Assembly: GCF_006345805.1 (NCBI RefSeq)
Contig: NC_042997.1
Location: 113,894,001-113,958,000 of the forward strand
Reading direction: 5' to 3'
DNA: 64,000 nt
DNA from: Octopus sinensis
Lineage: Eukaryota
A program made the position numbers and the translations under genes. A model generated the notes under the pieces. It was not told where the DNA came from and ran no database searches. It saw only the letters and a program-made list of their open reading frames with translations. This document shows positions 1 to 15,090 of this stretch, piece after piece (positions within the stretch are counted from its first letter, which is position 1; each line of letters starts with the position of its first letter).

Positions 1-978
1 GGAGGCTGCACCAGGCTCCAGTCTGATCTAGCAGTGTTTCTACAGCTAGATGCCCTTCCTAATGCCAAGCACTCTGGGAGTGTAGTGGGTGCTTTTAATG
101 TGCACTAGCATAGGGGCCAGAGGAGGCTGGCAATGGTCACAATTGGTTGGTGCTTTTTACATGCCTATTTCTTTACTACCCACAAGGGGCTAAACATAGA
201 GGGGACAAACAAGGACAGACAAATGGTGCTTTTTACATGCCATCGGCATGGAAGCCAGTCGAGGTGGCACTGGCATTGCCCATATTCGAATGGTGCTTTT
301 TATGTGCCACCGGCACGGGTATCATAGCTACAATTTCCATTTGATTTATATTTTGATGTTGATGTACTCGACTCAATAGGTCTCCTCAAGCACAGCAGGT
401 CACCCTACGATCCAAGTTTAGCACAGCTGGCTGTCCTGCAATCCAAGATACTTTGAATGGGTTGGGGCTGCTATGTGAAGCTGGTGCAGGATACAGCCAT
501 GGACTCACTTTATTTGTTGGGTCTTCGCAGTCATAGCATATCTCCAGAGGTCTCGGTCTTTCGTCATTGCCTCTGTGAGGCCCAACGTTCAAAGGTCATG
601 TTTGACCACCTCATCCCATGTCTTCCTGTGTCTACCTCTACCCTGGATTCCTTCAACTGTTTGGGAGTGGCACTTCTTCACACATCTCTCCTCATCCATC
701 CTCATCTCTCTCTTGCATGCCACCTCCGATGCTTCTTATGTCCAACATTTCTCTCAGAGTGCTTACACTCTGTTGTGTGTGCACACTGACATCACACATC
801 CAGCAGATCATGCTAGCTTCATTTCTTTCGAGCCTACACATGTCCTCCACAGTCACAGCCCATGTTTCACTGCCATGAAGCATGTCAGTTCGCACACATG
901 CATCATACAATCTATCTTTCACTCTGAGCGAGAGACCCTTTGTCACCAGTAAGAGTAGAAGCTTTCTAAACTTTGCCC
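1..978 (-). mobile_element. RTE LINE 3' fragment
   Basis: Minus ORF 692-1018 (LLVTKGLSLRVKDRLYDACVRTDMLHGSETWA) and 3'UTR motifs; interrupted by a 58-bp insert at 166-223. Confidence 0.9.
166..223 (-). mobile_element. 58-bp tail-only insertion of the GAAATA family with an 18-bp TSD
   Basis: TGGTGCTTTTTACATGCC at 148-165 and 224-241. Confidence 0.9.
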
Positions 979-989
<11 letters not shown>

Positions 990-1013
<24 letters not shown>

Positions 1014-1398
1014 CACATTAATAATGAAAGGTACTACTTGAAGCACCGGCATGCTAAAAATAGCTGTCAAAACGACTCAAAACCACACTTTCTGTTATAT
1101 ATATATACATATATCTCTACATATTCCATTTTAGTACATATTTTTGATAAGGTTTTTCAAAAACCGAAACATGTAAAAGCAAAGTTAAAATGTACTTAAT
1201 TTTAAGAAAGTAGCATTTTCGCTCGTTTTTCATAAATATATATATATACACACACACATAATCATCATTTAACGTTCATTGTCCATGCTGGCATGGGTTG
1301 GATGGTTTGACTGGGCTGGCACGCTGGAAAGCTGCACCAAGTTCCAGTCTAATTTGGCATGGTTTTCTACGACTGGATGCCTTTCCTTATGCCAACTA

Positions 1399-1459
<61 letters not shown>

Positions 1460-1844
1460 CACATTAATAATGAAAGGTACTACTTGAAGCACCGGCATGC
1501 TAAAAATAGCTGTCAAAACGACTCAAAACCACACTTTCTGTTATATATATATACATATATCTCTACATATTCCATTTTAGTACATATTTTTGATAAGGTT
1601 TTTCAAAAACCGAAACATGTAAAAGCAAAGTTAAAATGTACTTAATTTTAAGAAAGTAGCATTTTCGCTCGTTTTTCATAAATATATATATATACACACA
1701 CACATAATCATCATTTAACGTTCATTGTCCATGCTGGCATGGGTTGGATGGTTTGACTGGGCTGGCACGCTGGAAAGCTGCACCAAGTTCCAGTCTAATT
1801 TGGCATGGTTTTCTACGACTGGATGCCTTTCCTTATGCCAACTA

Positions 1845-1880
<36 letters not shown>
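990..1880. repeat. 446-bp direct tandem duplication
   Basis: Essentially identical sequence at offset 446 (e.g. GATAAGG at 1146 and 1592); breakpoints lie in TA/CT microsatellites. Confidence 0.95.
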
Positions 1881-1881
<1 letters not shown>

Positions 1882-2091
1882 CATACACACACATATACAT
1901 CTGTTACAGTGGAAGTGTTAATGAATCCTATTTCACTTATTTCTCTGCCAGCTGTTTACATTATATGAACAGTATTAAGTTTCAGCCAACATATTGATCC
2001 AAACACCTACTTCCAAGATGTTAAAGTGTTTTTGTGTTCTTTGCTTGTCAAGGCGACACTACGCATAATACATACATTATATACATAGAGG

Positions 2092-2470
2092 TTGGTGGAG
2101 GTGCAATGGCCTAGTGGTTAGGGTAGTGGACTCGTGGTTGTGAGATAATGATTTTGATTCCCAGACCAAGCATTGTGAGTGTTTATTGAGTGAAAACACC
2201 TAAAGCTCCATGAGGCTCTGGCAGGGGTTGTGGTGAACCCTGCTGTAGTCTTTCACCACAGCTTTCTCTCACTGTTTCTTCCGGTTTCTGTTGTACCTGT
2301 ATTTCAAAGGGCCAGCCTTGTCACACTCTGTGTTACACTGAATCTCCCTGAGAACTATGTTAAGGGTACACATGTCTGTGGAGTGCTCATCCACTTACAC
2401 ATTAATTTCTCGAGCAGGCTGTTCCGTTGGTCGGATCAACTGGAACCCTTGTTGTCGTAACCGACAGAGT
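2092..2470 (+). mobile_element. tRNA-derived SINE (longer family)
   Basis: A-box-like TGGCCTAGTGGTTAGG head and degenerate B box; related heads at 39851, 57505 and 61285. Confidence 0.75.
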
Positions 2471-5400
2471 GCCACTGCATACAGTTTGAACCAAAAGTCA
2501 CAAATGAATTTCAATATAAAATCATCTTCAATGAGTGTGACTCCAAATTTTTCCTCATTAAAATTTTGACTTTTGGTCCAACTTGTACACATGTAACAGC
2601 TTTTGATGGTGGTGTCACCAAATGTAATGGTTAATGGAGCTTTATATTGGGAAGCCAAGTGTAACATAGTTAGATGGAGTCACCTAATATAATGGAGTCT
2701 TTACCTGAATGTAATGGGTTGTTTATGTTGCAATCAAAGACGGTGATGTTGGGTTGGACTTCAAGGAATAAGGACAGTGGTTGAAGTTGTAGATAACATT
2801 TTATTTACCGTTACTTAATATGTATAGCCACATCATGATGGGCAGGCCTGTATAATGTACTGGCACTTGTGGCGGTGGCACAGGAAAAAATATTCGGGCG
2901 AGGTTGTTGCCAATGCTGCTGGACTGGCCAATACCACCTGACTGGCCCTCATGCTGGTGGCACGTAAAAGCACTCACTACACTCTAGGAGTGGTTGGCGT
3001 TAGGAAGGGCATCCAGCTGTAGAAAATCTGCCAGATCAAAATTGAAGACTGGTGCAGCCATCTGGTTCAGCAGCCCTCAGTCAAATCATTCAACCCATGC
3101 TAGCATGGAAAGCAGACATTAAATGATGATGATGATGATCAGCTCATTTTGAAAAGTAAACAAAAACATTATTTAAATGAAATTGTGAGTAACTGAAACA
3201 AATATATGCTAAAAGTAGGTTAAGAGTCATTATTATTTCTCTTTTATTATGTAAAAGTAATTGCTAATTGCCAACTCATTTTGAGAAGTAAAGAAATTTT
3301 TTAAGTTTACAGAAAAGAAATTTTATGAATGGAGTAGCAAGCAAAAGAAATGCTGAAAATTAGGTCATTAAACATCATTATTTAAATTTCTGTTTTAATT
3401 TCTTTTTTATTGAAACATGTCTTATTTTACCTTAAGCAAAACAAAGATAAAAAACACAGCCATGAGAAATTCTGGGCAGCAAGTTAAAATCTTTTATGAA
3501 AAAGAAAAAAGAAGTAAAGCTTATGAAGATACTTATACTCCATCAAACCAAGTAAAATCAAAGTCATGGCAGATACTGGTGTCACAAATGGCACCCATGT
3601 CAGTGGCATGTAAAAGTACCCATTACACCCTCAGAGTGGTTGGCATGAAACCATGCCAAATCAGACTGGAGTCTGGTGCAGCCTTCCAGCCCTGGTCAAC
3701 AGATGCTAAAGAATGATGATATAAGACTATATGAAATATATATTTTACTATCTTGTTTCAGTCTTTGGACTGTGACTATTCTTGGGCATGGCCTTGAAAG
3801 GTTTAGTAAAACAAATTGATTCCAGTACTTATTTTCAACCCCGGTTCTTACTCTACTAGTCTCTTCTGCCAAACTGCTAAGTTATATTAATATAAACATA
3901 CTAACAATCATTGTGAAGCAATGGTAGGGTACAAATACAAACACACTCATTATGATCTCTGTACCTTGAGGGCATGCCCTGGCAATTGCCACCATTTATC
4001 TCTCTTCCTTACTCTGCCATCCCATCTATGCTCTGATCCTTGTGAGTATACCCTGGCACTTCATCTCTCACATCCAATTTTGCTATTTCCCTCTGGTCGA
4101 GTATCTACTGTAGCACACCCATTTCTGCCCTCATTCTTGATCACTCTCTCCTCTTGCTTTGTAACCAAATATCTCCTTTACACCAGCACAACTGTTTGTC
4201 CTCTTTATTGTACCTATCTCTCTGGTTAGAGAATGATGTACCACGATACCTATATCTGCCTCTCTGATCTTTCATCATCTGACACAAGATAACTTCCTTC
4301 AATGCCCCCTCCCCTCTCAGAATTCCTTGTCTTACAGGCTACTGGTGTTGCTGCAGGGTCAACAAGTAAAAAGCAGCCAGTCCACACCTAAGTGGTTGGC
4401 ATTTGGAAAGGCATCCAGCTGTAACACCCATGCCAAAACTGACCTCGCCTGTGCTGGTGCCATATAAAAAGAACTCAGGCCACTCTGCAAAATGGCTGGT
4501 GGTAGGAAGGGCATCCAGCCATAAAAACTCTGCCAAAACAAGGCTTAAAAAAAAAAAAAAAAAAAAAGACTTGCGAAAGGTGCTGCGTTGCAATTGAACT
4601 CAAAACCACGTAGTTGTAAAGCGTGCTTCTTAACCACACAGCCATGCTTACGCCTATGCAGAGAAAAAATTTACATCTGTAAACCACAAACCCACTAAAC
4701 AAAAACAAAAAAGAGAAATTGAGATAAAATATATAAAAAAAATAGGTGAAGATCGTTTTAAGAGAAAATCTGGGCTTAAAAACGGGGATGAATATCAAAT
4801 AATCTCCTAAGTAGACTGACCGTAGAACGGCGACGGAAAAGCAAATTCTTCCGCAGTCGCCAAACGAAATTAATACCCGATATTCTACGTTAAGTGAAGA
4901 CCAAACCACCGAATAACAAATTTCGGTTTCTGGTTTTAAACATTTCACATCGTATCGATGTAAACAAGATGTATTGCAATAAGATTTTTATAGGTATGAG
5001 CGAAAGCTATTAAAATCAACTTGTTTAGCCCAAGGTCAGTTCCAATAGACATGCCCATTCTAAAAGACAAGATGCCATGTGGTGAGAGAATTTAGTTACA
5101 ATTAACCGGCAAGACGAGTGACAGTATGAAGAGTCTCTTCCATGGAAACGTATGAAGAGTCTCTTCCATGGAAACCAAAATCAGCAAGGAGTCGGCGAAT
5201 TTATTGCATTTGGTTGCGAACCGAGTTCTAATCCCGCTTAATTCAACTTTGCCTTTAAGGGGACTTAATCGATATAAATAATTGAAGTCCCTCCTCGAAC
5301 CTGTTAACCCTATTTGACTAAGCAGTATATAAGGGTTAATTTTTTTTCCCCACTCAAAATGTTATTTTAATTACCAATAGAGAGTAATTCAAATGAAAAT

Positions 5401-6119
5401 ATACCGGTATATTCAAATATGTCGACGTGTGATTACAGTAAGTTTCAACTTAGTAAATCTACTGTAAAAAGGTTAGAGTATAATAAAGACATTCATAAAA
5501 TGAAGTTTTATAGTTATTCAATAATCGTGCTTGGCAATATGGACATACGTGAGGGATATAGAATGAAGCCGGGAATGAAAATTTAAAAAAAGTCCATCAA
5601 TCCCTTACTAAAATAACTAAATCTAAATATCAATTTAAGTTAATTTGGGGTTAAATAATATTTAACGCAAATAGTATATTTCAAAGCATTTCTTCAAAAG
5701 AAAAACTAAACGTTTTGTCCATTTTCAATGTCCGCCACCTTCTTACTATCCGCCATGCTTAATCTTAAGCCTCATGTAATTACACAACGTCGGCTGACAA
5801 TAACAAAATATCTTGTATTTACCACTGCAATATATTCATTTAGAACAAAATTTGCTGGAAACGTATTTAAATAAATAAAACGAAATATAACTTATTGTTT
5901 ACACATAAACTAAGCCATCACCGGCTGATAACAGATAATAGAGTTGCAAATAACCGGTTGAATACGAGTTGTAAATTATAACCGGGTGAAAATAGCTTAA
6001 TATGTCGAAATGTCAATAAACAACTAGCTTATTTAAAATCTTTCCCACGCACTTTCCTTTATAATAAAATCCTCTGAACTACAATGTGAAAAATTTGCAT
6101 TTCTATTGCATTTAGCTAT

Positions 6120-6335
6120 ATATACATATATAATATATACGCACGTGCATATATATATATATATTTGTGCATACACACCTGTACAATATTCCCCCCTCCC
6201 CCATATATATATATACGCACGTGCATATATATATATGTGTGTGTGCATACACACCTGTATAATATTCCCCCCTCCCCCATATATATATATATATATACGC
6301 ACATATATTTGTGTGCATACACACACCTGTATATT
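6120..6335. repeat. About 70-bp minisatellite, roughly 3 units
   Basis: Repeated TATACGCAC...GTGCATACACACCTGTA..ATATTCCCCCCTCCCCC. Confidence 0.85.
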
Positions 6336-7848
6336 ATCCATCCCCGGTACGGTGTCCGTTATTACTCATTCGAAAACATTTATCCGTACCATTTCATTAA
6401 AAAAAAAAAAAAAAAAAAAAAAAAGGATACTTCATTATCAATTTCAAGTTTAACTATACTATTTACATATTTCTTCGATCCGACATTGACTAAAATTAAT
6501 ATTGCTCTAATTTAAATTATGAAGTCCGTTTTAAATTAAATTATGAAGTCCGTTTTAAAGAAGGTGGACTCAAGGTAAAATGTATTTCATTGTTACGAAT
6601 TCCACAATTTGCTAATTAAAATCAGATTCTTTCGAACATTTTCACAACATTCCGTATAGAGAAGACGAATCCAAGAGAAAAATAAAGATACAAGCATTTT
6701 ATTTCAGATATTAAAACGATATTTTTCAATCCCATTTATATAAAACTGATGATCAATACGTATGTCAGGTCTTGTGAAGCTAATAAACCACTTAAAAGTT
6801 ATTACGAAGAAAAGCGCGATCTTAACCAGAATCGACTTTCTGTAACCCAGAGCACATTGTGTTGGTGCAATTATCAACATTAATTAACAAATCATATAGT
6901 AAATTGAATATGGAAACTTTTAAAAATATAACTGAACATAACAAACGGTCTTAGGATTGTCAATGTTCAGTTTAGGCTGAAGTTAACAGGTGAAGTTGAC
7001 AATTTTGACAGGAAAATCGTCTTAGAAATGTTTACAATGGAGTTTTAAATTTCCATATACACAAAGTACCAAAGATAATACAGCACGAAAATAGTTTAGG
7101 CTTTTATGTGTTTGCACAAGAGATTTAATGGAGGAAGCATTTCTCTTGGATCATGTAATGAAACCCATCTGGAAAAGGGTGCTTATAGACAAAGCCAGCC
7201 ATAAACACTTGATAAATTATCAAGAAAATACACCAGCCATAACCACTTCTGATAAATAAAATACAGAGTATTTGAAATTAAAGAACCATACAAATGCCAT
7301 ATGCAAGAGATCATGGAATTTTGTGTGTAACAAACCCATCTGGAATGGGAGCTTATAGACAAAACCAGACATAACCACCACTTCTAATAGAGTATTTGAA
7401 ATTGAAAAACATATGCCATATGCATGTGATCATGGATTTTTGTGTTCTGACAGAATCAACACTGGTGCCAAACATGATGGGTTATCAGAAGTAACTTCAG
7501 TGAAATCAGCAATATCAAAAGTGAACCATTCAGCATTCAGATTACTGTCAAAAGGAAATGCTTAACATTTGTTTTGAACTTTTGAATTAATCATGCATTA
7601 GCTTTGAGATCTTGATGTGATTGTTTATTTTAGAATGACACTGTAGGGTAGGTGTGAGAAGCCAGATCTTGTTGGTGTAAATGCTACAGGGTGAAACTGA
7701 TTAAAGTGGAATGCCTGATTGATGTCAAAGTGCTATTGGTGCAGAATCAAAAATTGTGCTGTGTTCAAATGACAATTTCAATACTCAAAAACATGAAAGA
7801 TGTAAAACAACAATTTGAATTTTTTTTTACAAATTATTTTTTTTAATA

Positions 7849-7854
7849 TTTATT
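7849..7854 (-). terminator. HSPA5: Candidate HSPA5 polyadenylation signal
   Basis: AATAAA on the minus strand about 460 nt after the stop, followed by a GU-rich TTGTTGTTTT element at about 7803-7812. Confidence 0.5.
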
Positions 7855-8314
7855 TTTTTTTCTACAGACATGATCTTTATCTGGCTGACACACTGTTCAT
7901 TCATTCATCTGGACTGCTGCAGTTTTAATTTTAATTATGTCCTTCACTGTGTCTGATACAGACCAGTAATAACAGAGGAAATAAAAACAAATTAGTGGAA
8001 TTGTGATTGAGATATTCAATGTGTAGCCAGACAAAAGGTCAAAATAAGTACATAAACAAAACAAAAGAAAACAAAACAAAAAATGTGTACATGAAAGACA
8101 ACAACAAATGGAAATTATTTAAATATATACAAGTCTCAATCACATAAGTCTCGGAGATGAAAAAACAAGCAGCAGTAGAATCCTCCCATACCCATTCTGA
8201 GACGAGAAGATCAAGTCTTGAATGTAAATATAAAAAGCATTCAGACAATGATGGAATTTCTGAATTCAAGACAATTTGTTAAATGTTCCTTGTAAGTCCT
8301 AAAACATTTCTTTT

Positions 8315-11110
<2,796 letters not shown>

Positions 11111-12188
11111 GTTCTGTATAAAATAGAATTGAAACACGGAACATCAGTTAAAAGTAAACGCCCCATTAAAAAAGAATCTTTGAACATTGCAAGTTAACGG
11201 AACTGAAATAGGCAACAAATTTGAAGTAAATTAACTGATCTCTTTAAGCTAAAATCATCGTTAGTGGTAAGTGGCTCTGAAGTGTCAAACACCAAAACCG
11301 TTTGCGACATATTTTTTAAAGGAGAAAAAAAAAAACCTCGAGAATTTTTATATATTGTCATTAGATTGGTTTAGCAGAACTTTCGATTCTAGCGAGGGAA
11401 TTTATTTGGTTAAAATAAAAGGTTTTTTTTTTTTTTACCGTTATATCAACGTGGCAATTTCTGATTGAAAAAGTGTCGAAACCGAAATTAACCAATTAAA
11501 AGGTCCTGCGATCGAATTTCATGAGAAATATCGAAGCATTTGACTAAAATTCCAAGCCTTGAAAGCGTAGAGAATTTCAAAACCGAAAAATAAAGTTGCC
11601 GAATTGTACCCTTTAAAAAAATTAAATGTGGGCACACTGTACCATGAAGGTATTTAAAAGTAGAGCAGCATCAGCACTATGTCTATTATGATTTTATATG
11701 ACAAAGGTGGGGAAATATTTGAAAAACCATTACAAATAGGTTTTATATATTTTATAAATATATGTTAAAAAACAAAAACTTAACAGAATAAGGCGATTGA
11801 ATGAGTTCTGTAGATATAAAGTTGGGAAGTATTTTAATTGTAACCTACTTAAGTAGTTTACTTAAAATCCCATATTTGTGCCAATAACCTTAATGCATTT
11901 TCGGTTTCAGTAAAGTTAGAAAGACTATCTAAGAGGCAGACAAGATATGAATTAATTACAATTTTATAAAAATTATTTCCAAATGCCAAACATTACAAAA
12001 TCGAAAGTTTGACAGAAGGCCGTAGAGAAAAAGAAGAGACCGGTATCGACATAGCATCACCAAAGACCTCGTTGATCATTAAATGTCGAGAATATTTGGG
12101 CTTTTTTCCCCATTTTTGAAGATTATAACATAGAACGAAAAGTAACAATTTTGACATCATAATAATCGCAACAAATCATTATACTTAC

Positions 12189-12435
12189 AGATCTTTGTGC
12201 TCAGACTGGAATATATTTCTTTAAAATCTTTCTGATGAATGAATACGAGAAATAACTCCGAACAGTGACAATAAATCCGGTGGCTTCTAAGCTCTGTATA
12301 TTATTATTACTTATTGTATTTTTTTCGTAAATAAAGAATTATATTTCAAGCAGAAAATCGTTGAAATTTTCATAAAACACTGACAAATTCGCTCAGAATG
12401 GTTTCTAGTGTTGACTTTACTGTGTGAGAGAAACA
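12189..12435 (-). other. HSPA5: Probable non-coding exon 1 (5'UTR) of HSPA5; intron 12188-11114
   Basis: Consensus donor GTAAGT at 12188; acceptor TTTTATACAG at 11114, 3 nt before the ATG. The upstream boundary is estimated from a CATAAA TATA-like box at about 12464-12469. Confidence 0.7.
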
Positions 12436-12463
12436 AGAATGATTGAGTCTAGAAGCGTCTAGC

Positions 12464-12610
12464 TTTATGAAGATTCACATTAGATGTCGTGTTGAATTGT
12501 GATTGGTCCATTCTAAGATTCTTGGCGTCTTCCCATTGGTTGATTGTTCCATTTCGTGTTTGCTCCACTGAGCTACACGTATCTTCCCGTTTTTCGTCAC
12601 CAATTGGAAT
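12464..12610 (-). promoter_or_regulatory. HSPA5: HSPA5 proximal promoter: TATA-like box, two ERSE-like elements, extra CCAAT box
   Basis: Minus strand CCAAT-N9-ACACG (12506-12488) and CCAAT-N9-CCAAG (12539-12521), each one mismatch from ERSE CCAAT-N9-CCACG with exact 9-nt spacing; palindromic CCAATTGG at 12600-12607. Confidence 0.75.
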
Positions 12611-14391
12611 TCCCTTCATTGATGACAATCAGCAAACTGTGTTCAATAAGAAAATCATATCGAACTCATAATTAAGCAGTTATTATAAATTGATGTAAAT
12701 AACTGTTGATGATCGAAATTAGGAAATATGTTACGTCAGTTTAGGTTTACCTTAATGCTACGTAGCCAATTGCAATGAGTCATGGTAATTGATACTTTGG
12801 ATGGGATAAAAATAGGGGAAAAAAACGTAAAACTTTTTTTGTTTAGTTAATTGTTTTGATAAATGTCATTCATTAAAGAAAAGCGTTGAAACATATGATC
12901 ACAGTCTTGCGACGAAATGTCAAATTGCTTTACTGGTAAGAAAATTGACTGGAAAAGTATTTTTTGAATCCAGCTTGATCGATATGATACCAATAGAAAT
13001 TATTGGAAAGGAAAAACAAATATTCCTGGCGAAGATCATTCATTTGTTTCATTTTGAAAAGAATAAATTTAAAAGAAAAAAAACAAAAAACTTGTAAATA
13101 GAAGAGGAAATGATCTCGTTAACACGAAAAGAAACTACCGAAAGTTAACCATATTTCTTGAAACTTTCATACTTTGAAGAAGAATAGAGATCACGTTCTC
13201 CCTAACTATCATTTGTTCAATAACGAATGTTAATTCTTAAATAAGAATAGAGGTAAGTAAAGATATTTGCTGTCAACGTTCTTGTTTATTTTCCAAAACG
13301 ACCTCGTGGTTAAGAAGTTGATTTCGCAATCACGTAATTGCGAGTTCGATCCAATAGCATCTTAATCAAATGTCATGTACCACAACAAATTAATTCATAT
13401 GTTAGCGAAATTTGGCAGATGGAAACAGAGGGGGAGCGCATCGAATAAAACTTTTTCATCTTCCTGGGTTCAAATGTATCCGGTTTAACGCCACTCTATT
13501 GCAAACATTTGAACCGGGTTTCTTATTCTGAGGATGTCATAGGTCGGGATTTTTTCCTCTCCACATTAACATCGACGGCTCCAGAAAAAATACAGGCAAC
13601 ATTTTTCCCCCACCTTTTCCTCCGAGTAATATAGTAAACACGAACTTATCGTTTTCTTTTCATTCAATTTTCGTGACAAAACTTTATGGTATAAAACCAG
13701 TTTGGTGCCCCACCCTTGACTGGTTCCTTGCAATTCTTCAGAATGCATATTTGTAAATAAAATTTAGCAGAGATACATCTTCAAGGACTAAGATTACGAT
13801 TATATTGATAAAAGTTAGAAAAACAATTTTATTTTTATTTTGGAAGAATTTCGGATATATTTTCCTCGCATCCTTCCTTATCATCAATTACCGCAACTTT
13901 GGCATTTTTTGCGGCATCACGTAATCAACTTTCTCGAAAGTGTGTTTCTGTAAAATATCATTTAAATAAATACATTTTGAAAAGAATATTGAAGTAACAA
14001 AAGTCGAGAGAAATGATACGAAACTGAAATTTCCTTGTTAAATTTTCTTTCTGAGAGTTATGAGGAAATCGAGCTGAGTGGGGTACTAAACTGTGGATAT
14101 ACGAACTTTAGCATACTAGGCGCTTCTGATATTTATTTACAGACTATGATTAGAGGCCTTGTGTAGCTCACAACTTTTATATTCTCTATAAATCGACAAA
14201 ATTTTTGTTAGAAAAGAGAACAGAATGTTACTTTCATCTTCGAACTGTCCATGTGGATGCCGGCATACAAAATAATTTCATGTGTGGCTACGCATACATG
14301 CATACAAATACATACAAACATCATTACATATATATATATATAACACGTACATGTGTGCGTGTGTATGACTGTGTATATATATTAAGTATAT

Positions 14392-14434
<43 letters not shown>

Positions 14435-14438
14435 TATA

Positions 14439-14483
<45 letters not shown>

Positions 14484-14783
14484 ATAGATCTTATACACAC
14501 ATACACGTATGGTCCAACCAATGCCTTCATGCGGAACAGACGTTAAATGATCGTGTGTATGTATGTATAACCAGCTGAAATTGCAAAGATAATCTGGAAC
14601 TCGACTGAGGAAAGAAAACTCCGAATGACCCGTCCTTGTTTTCCTTGTATCGTCTGTCTGGATGTTTTGTTGTCCCTTTTTTTGTATCACCTAACTGTCT
14701 GGATGTTTTGCGTTCTTGTCCCATTTTTGTATTTTTTATATATAAATATATACATGTATTAATGTATATGTATACATGTATAT

Positions 14784-15090
14784 TCTTTGATTTGTTTCGG
14801 TCATTTGACTGCGGCCATGCTGGAGCACCACCTTTAGTCGAACAAATCGACCCCAGGATTTATTCTTTGTAAGCCTAGTACTTATTCTATCGGACACTTT
14901 TGCCGAACCGTTAAGTTACGGGGACGTAAACACACCAACATCGGTTGTCAAGCGATGATGGGAGGACAAACACATATATATATACGACGGGCTTCTCTCA
15001 GTTTCCGTCTGCCAAATCCACTCTCAAGGACTGGACCCGGAACCTTGTGGTTGGTAAGCAAGCTACTTACCACACAGCCATACCCCGGCT
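14784..15090. mobile_element. Fragments of the CORE-like SINE family
   Basis: Body segments homologous to 48130-48540 in reverse orientation. Confidence 0.75.

Noticed and set aside
4578-4650. Possible tRNA genes (also 2096, 35157, 39851, 57505, 61285)
   Set aside because: A/B-box heads continue into SINE bodies and lack acceptor-stem closure; they are SINEs, not tRNA genes.
4475-4948. 157-aa minus-strand ORF
   Set aside because: Runs through a SINE head, a poly(T) tract and an RTE tail; no protein-like signal.
12445-12462. Heat-shock element in the HSPA5 promoter (GTCTAGAAGCGTCTAG)
   Set aside because: Only one perfect nGAAn unit; too degenerate to support.
14205-14546. YIYI/CVCV-rich ORFs here and at 6033-6515, 22612-22896, 26374-26647, 41854-42195 and 54827-55273
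   Set aside because: Artefacts of stop-free microsatellites.
14600-14650. CTGAGGA...CCGAA hammerhead-like string
   Set aside because: Stem II is mispaired, GAAA is incomplete, and no stem I could be formed.
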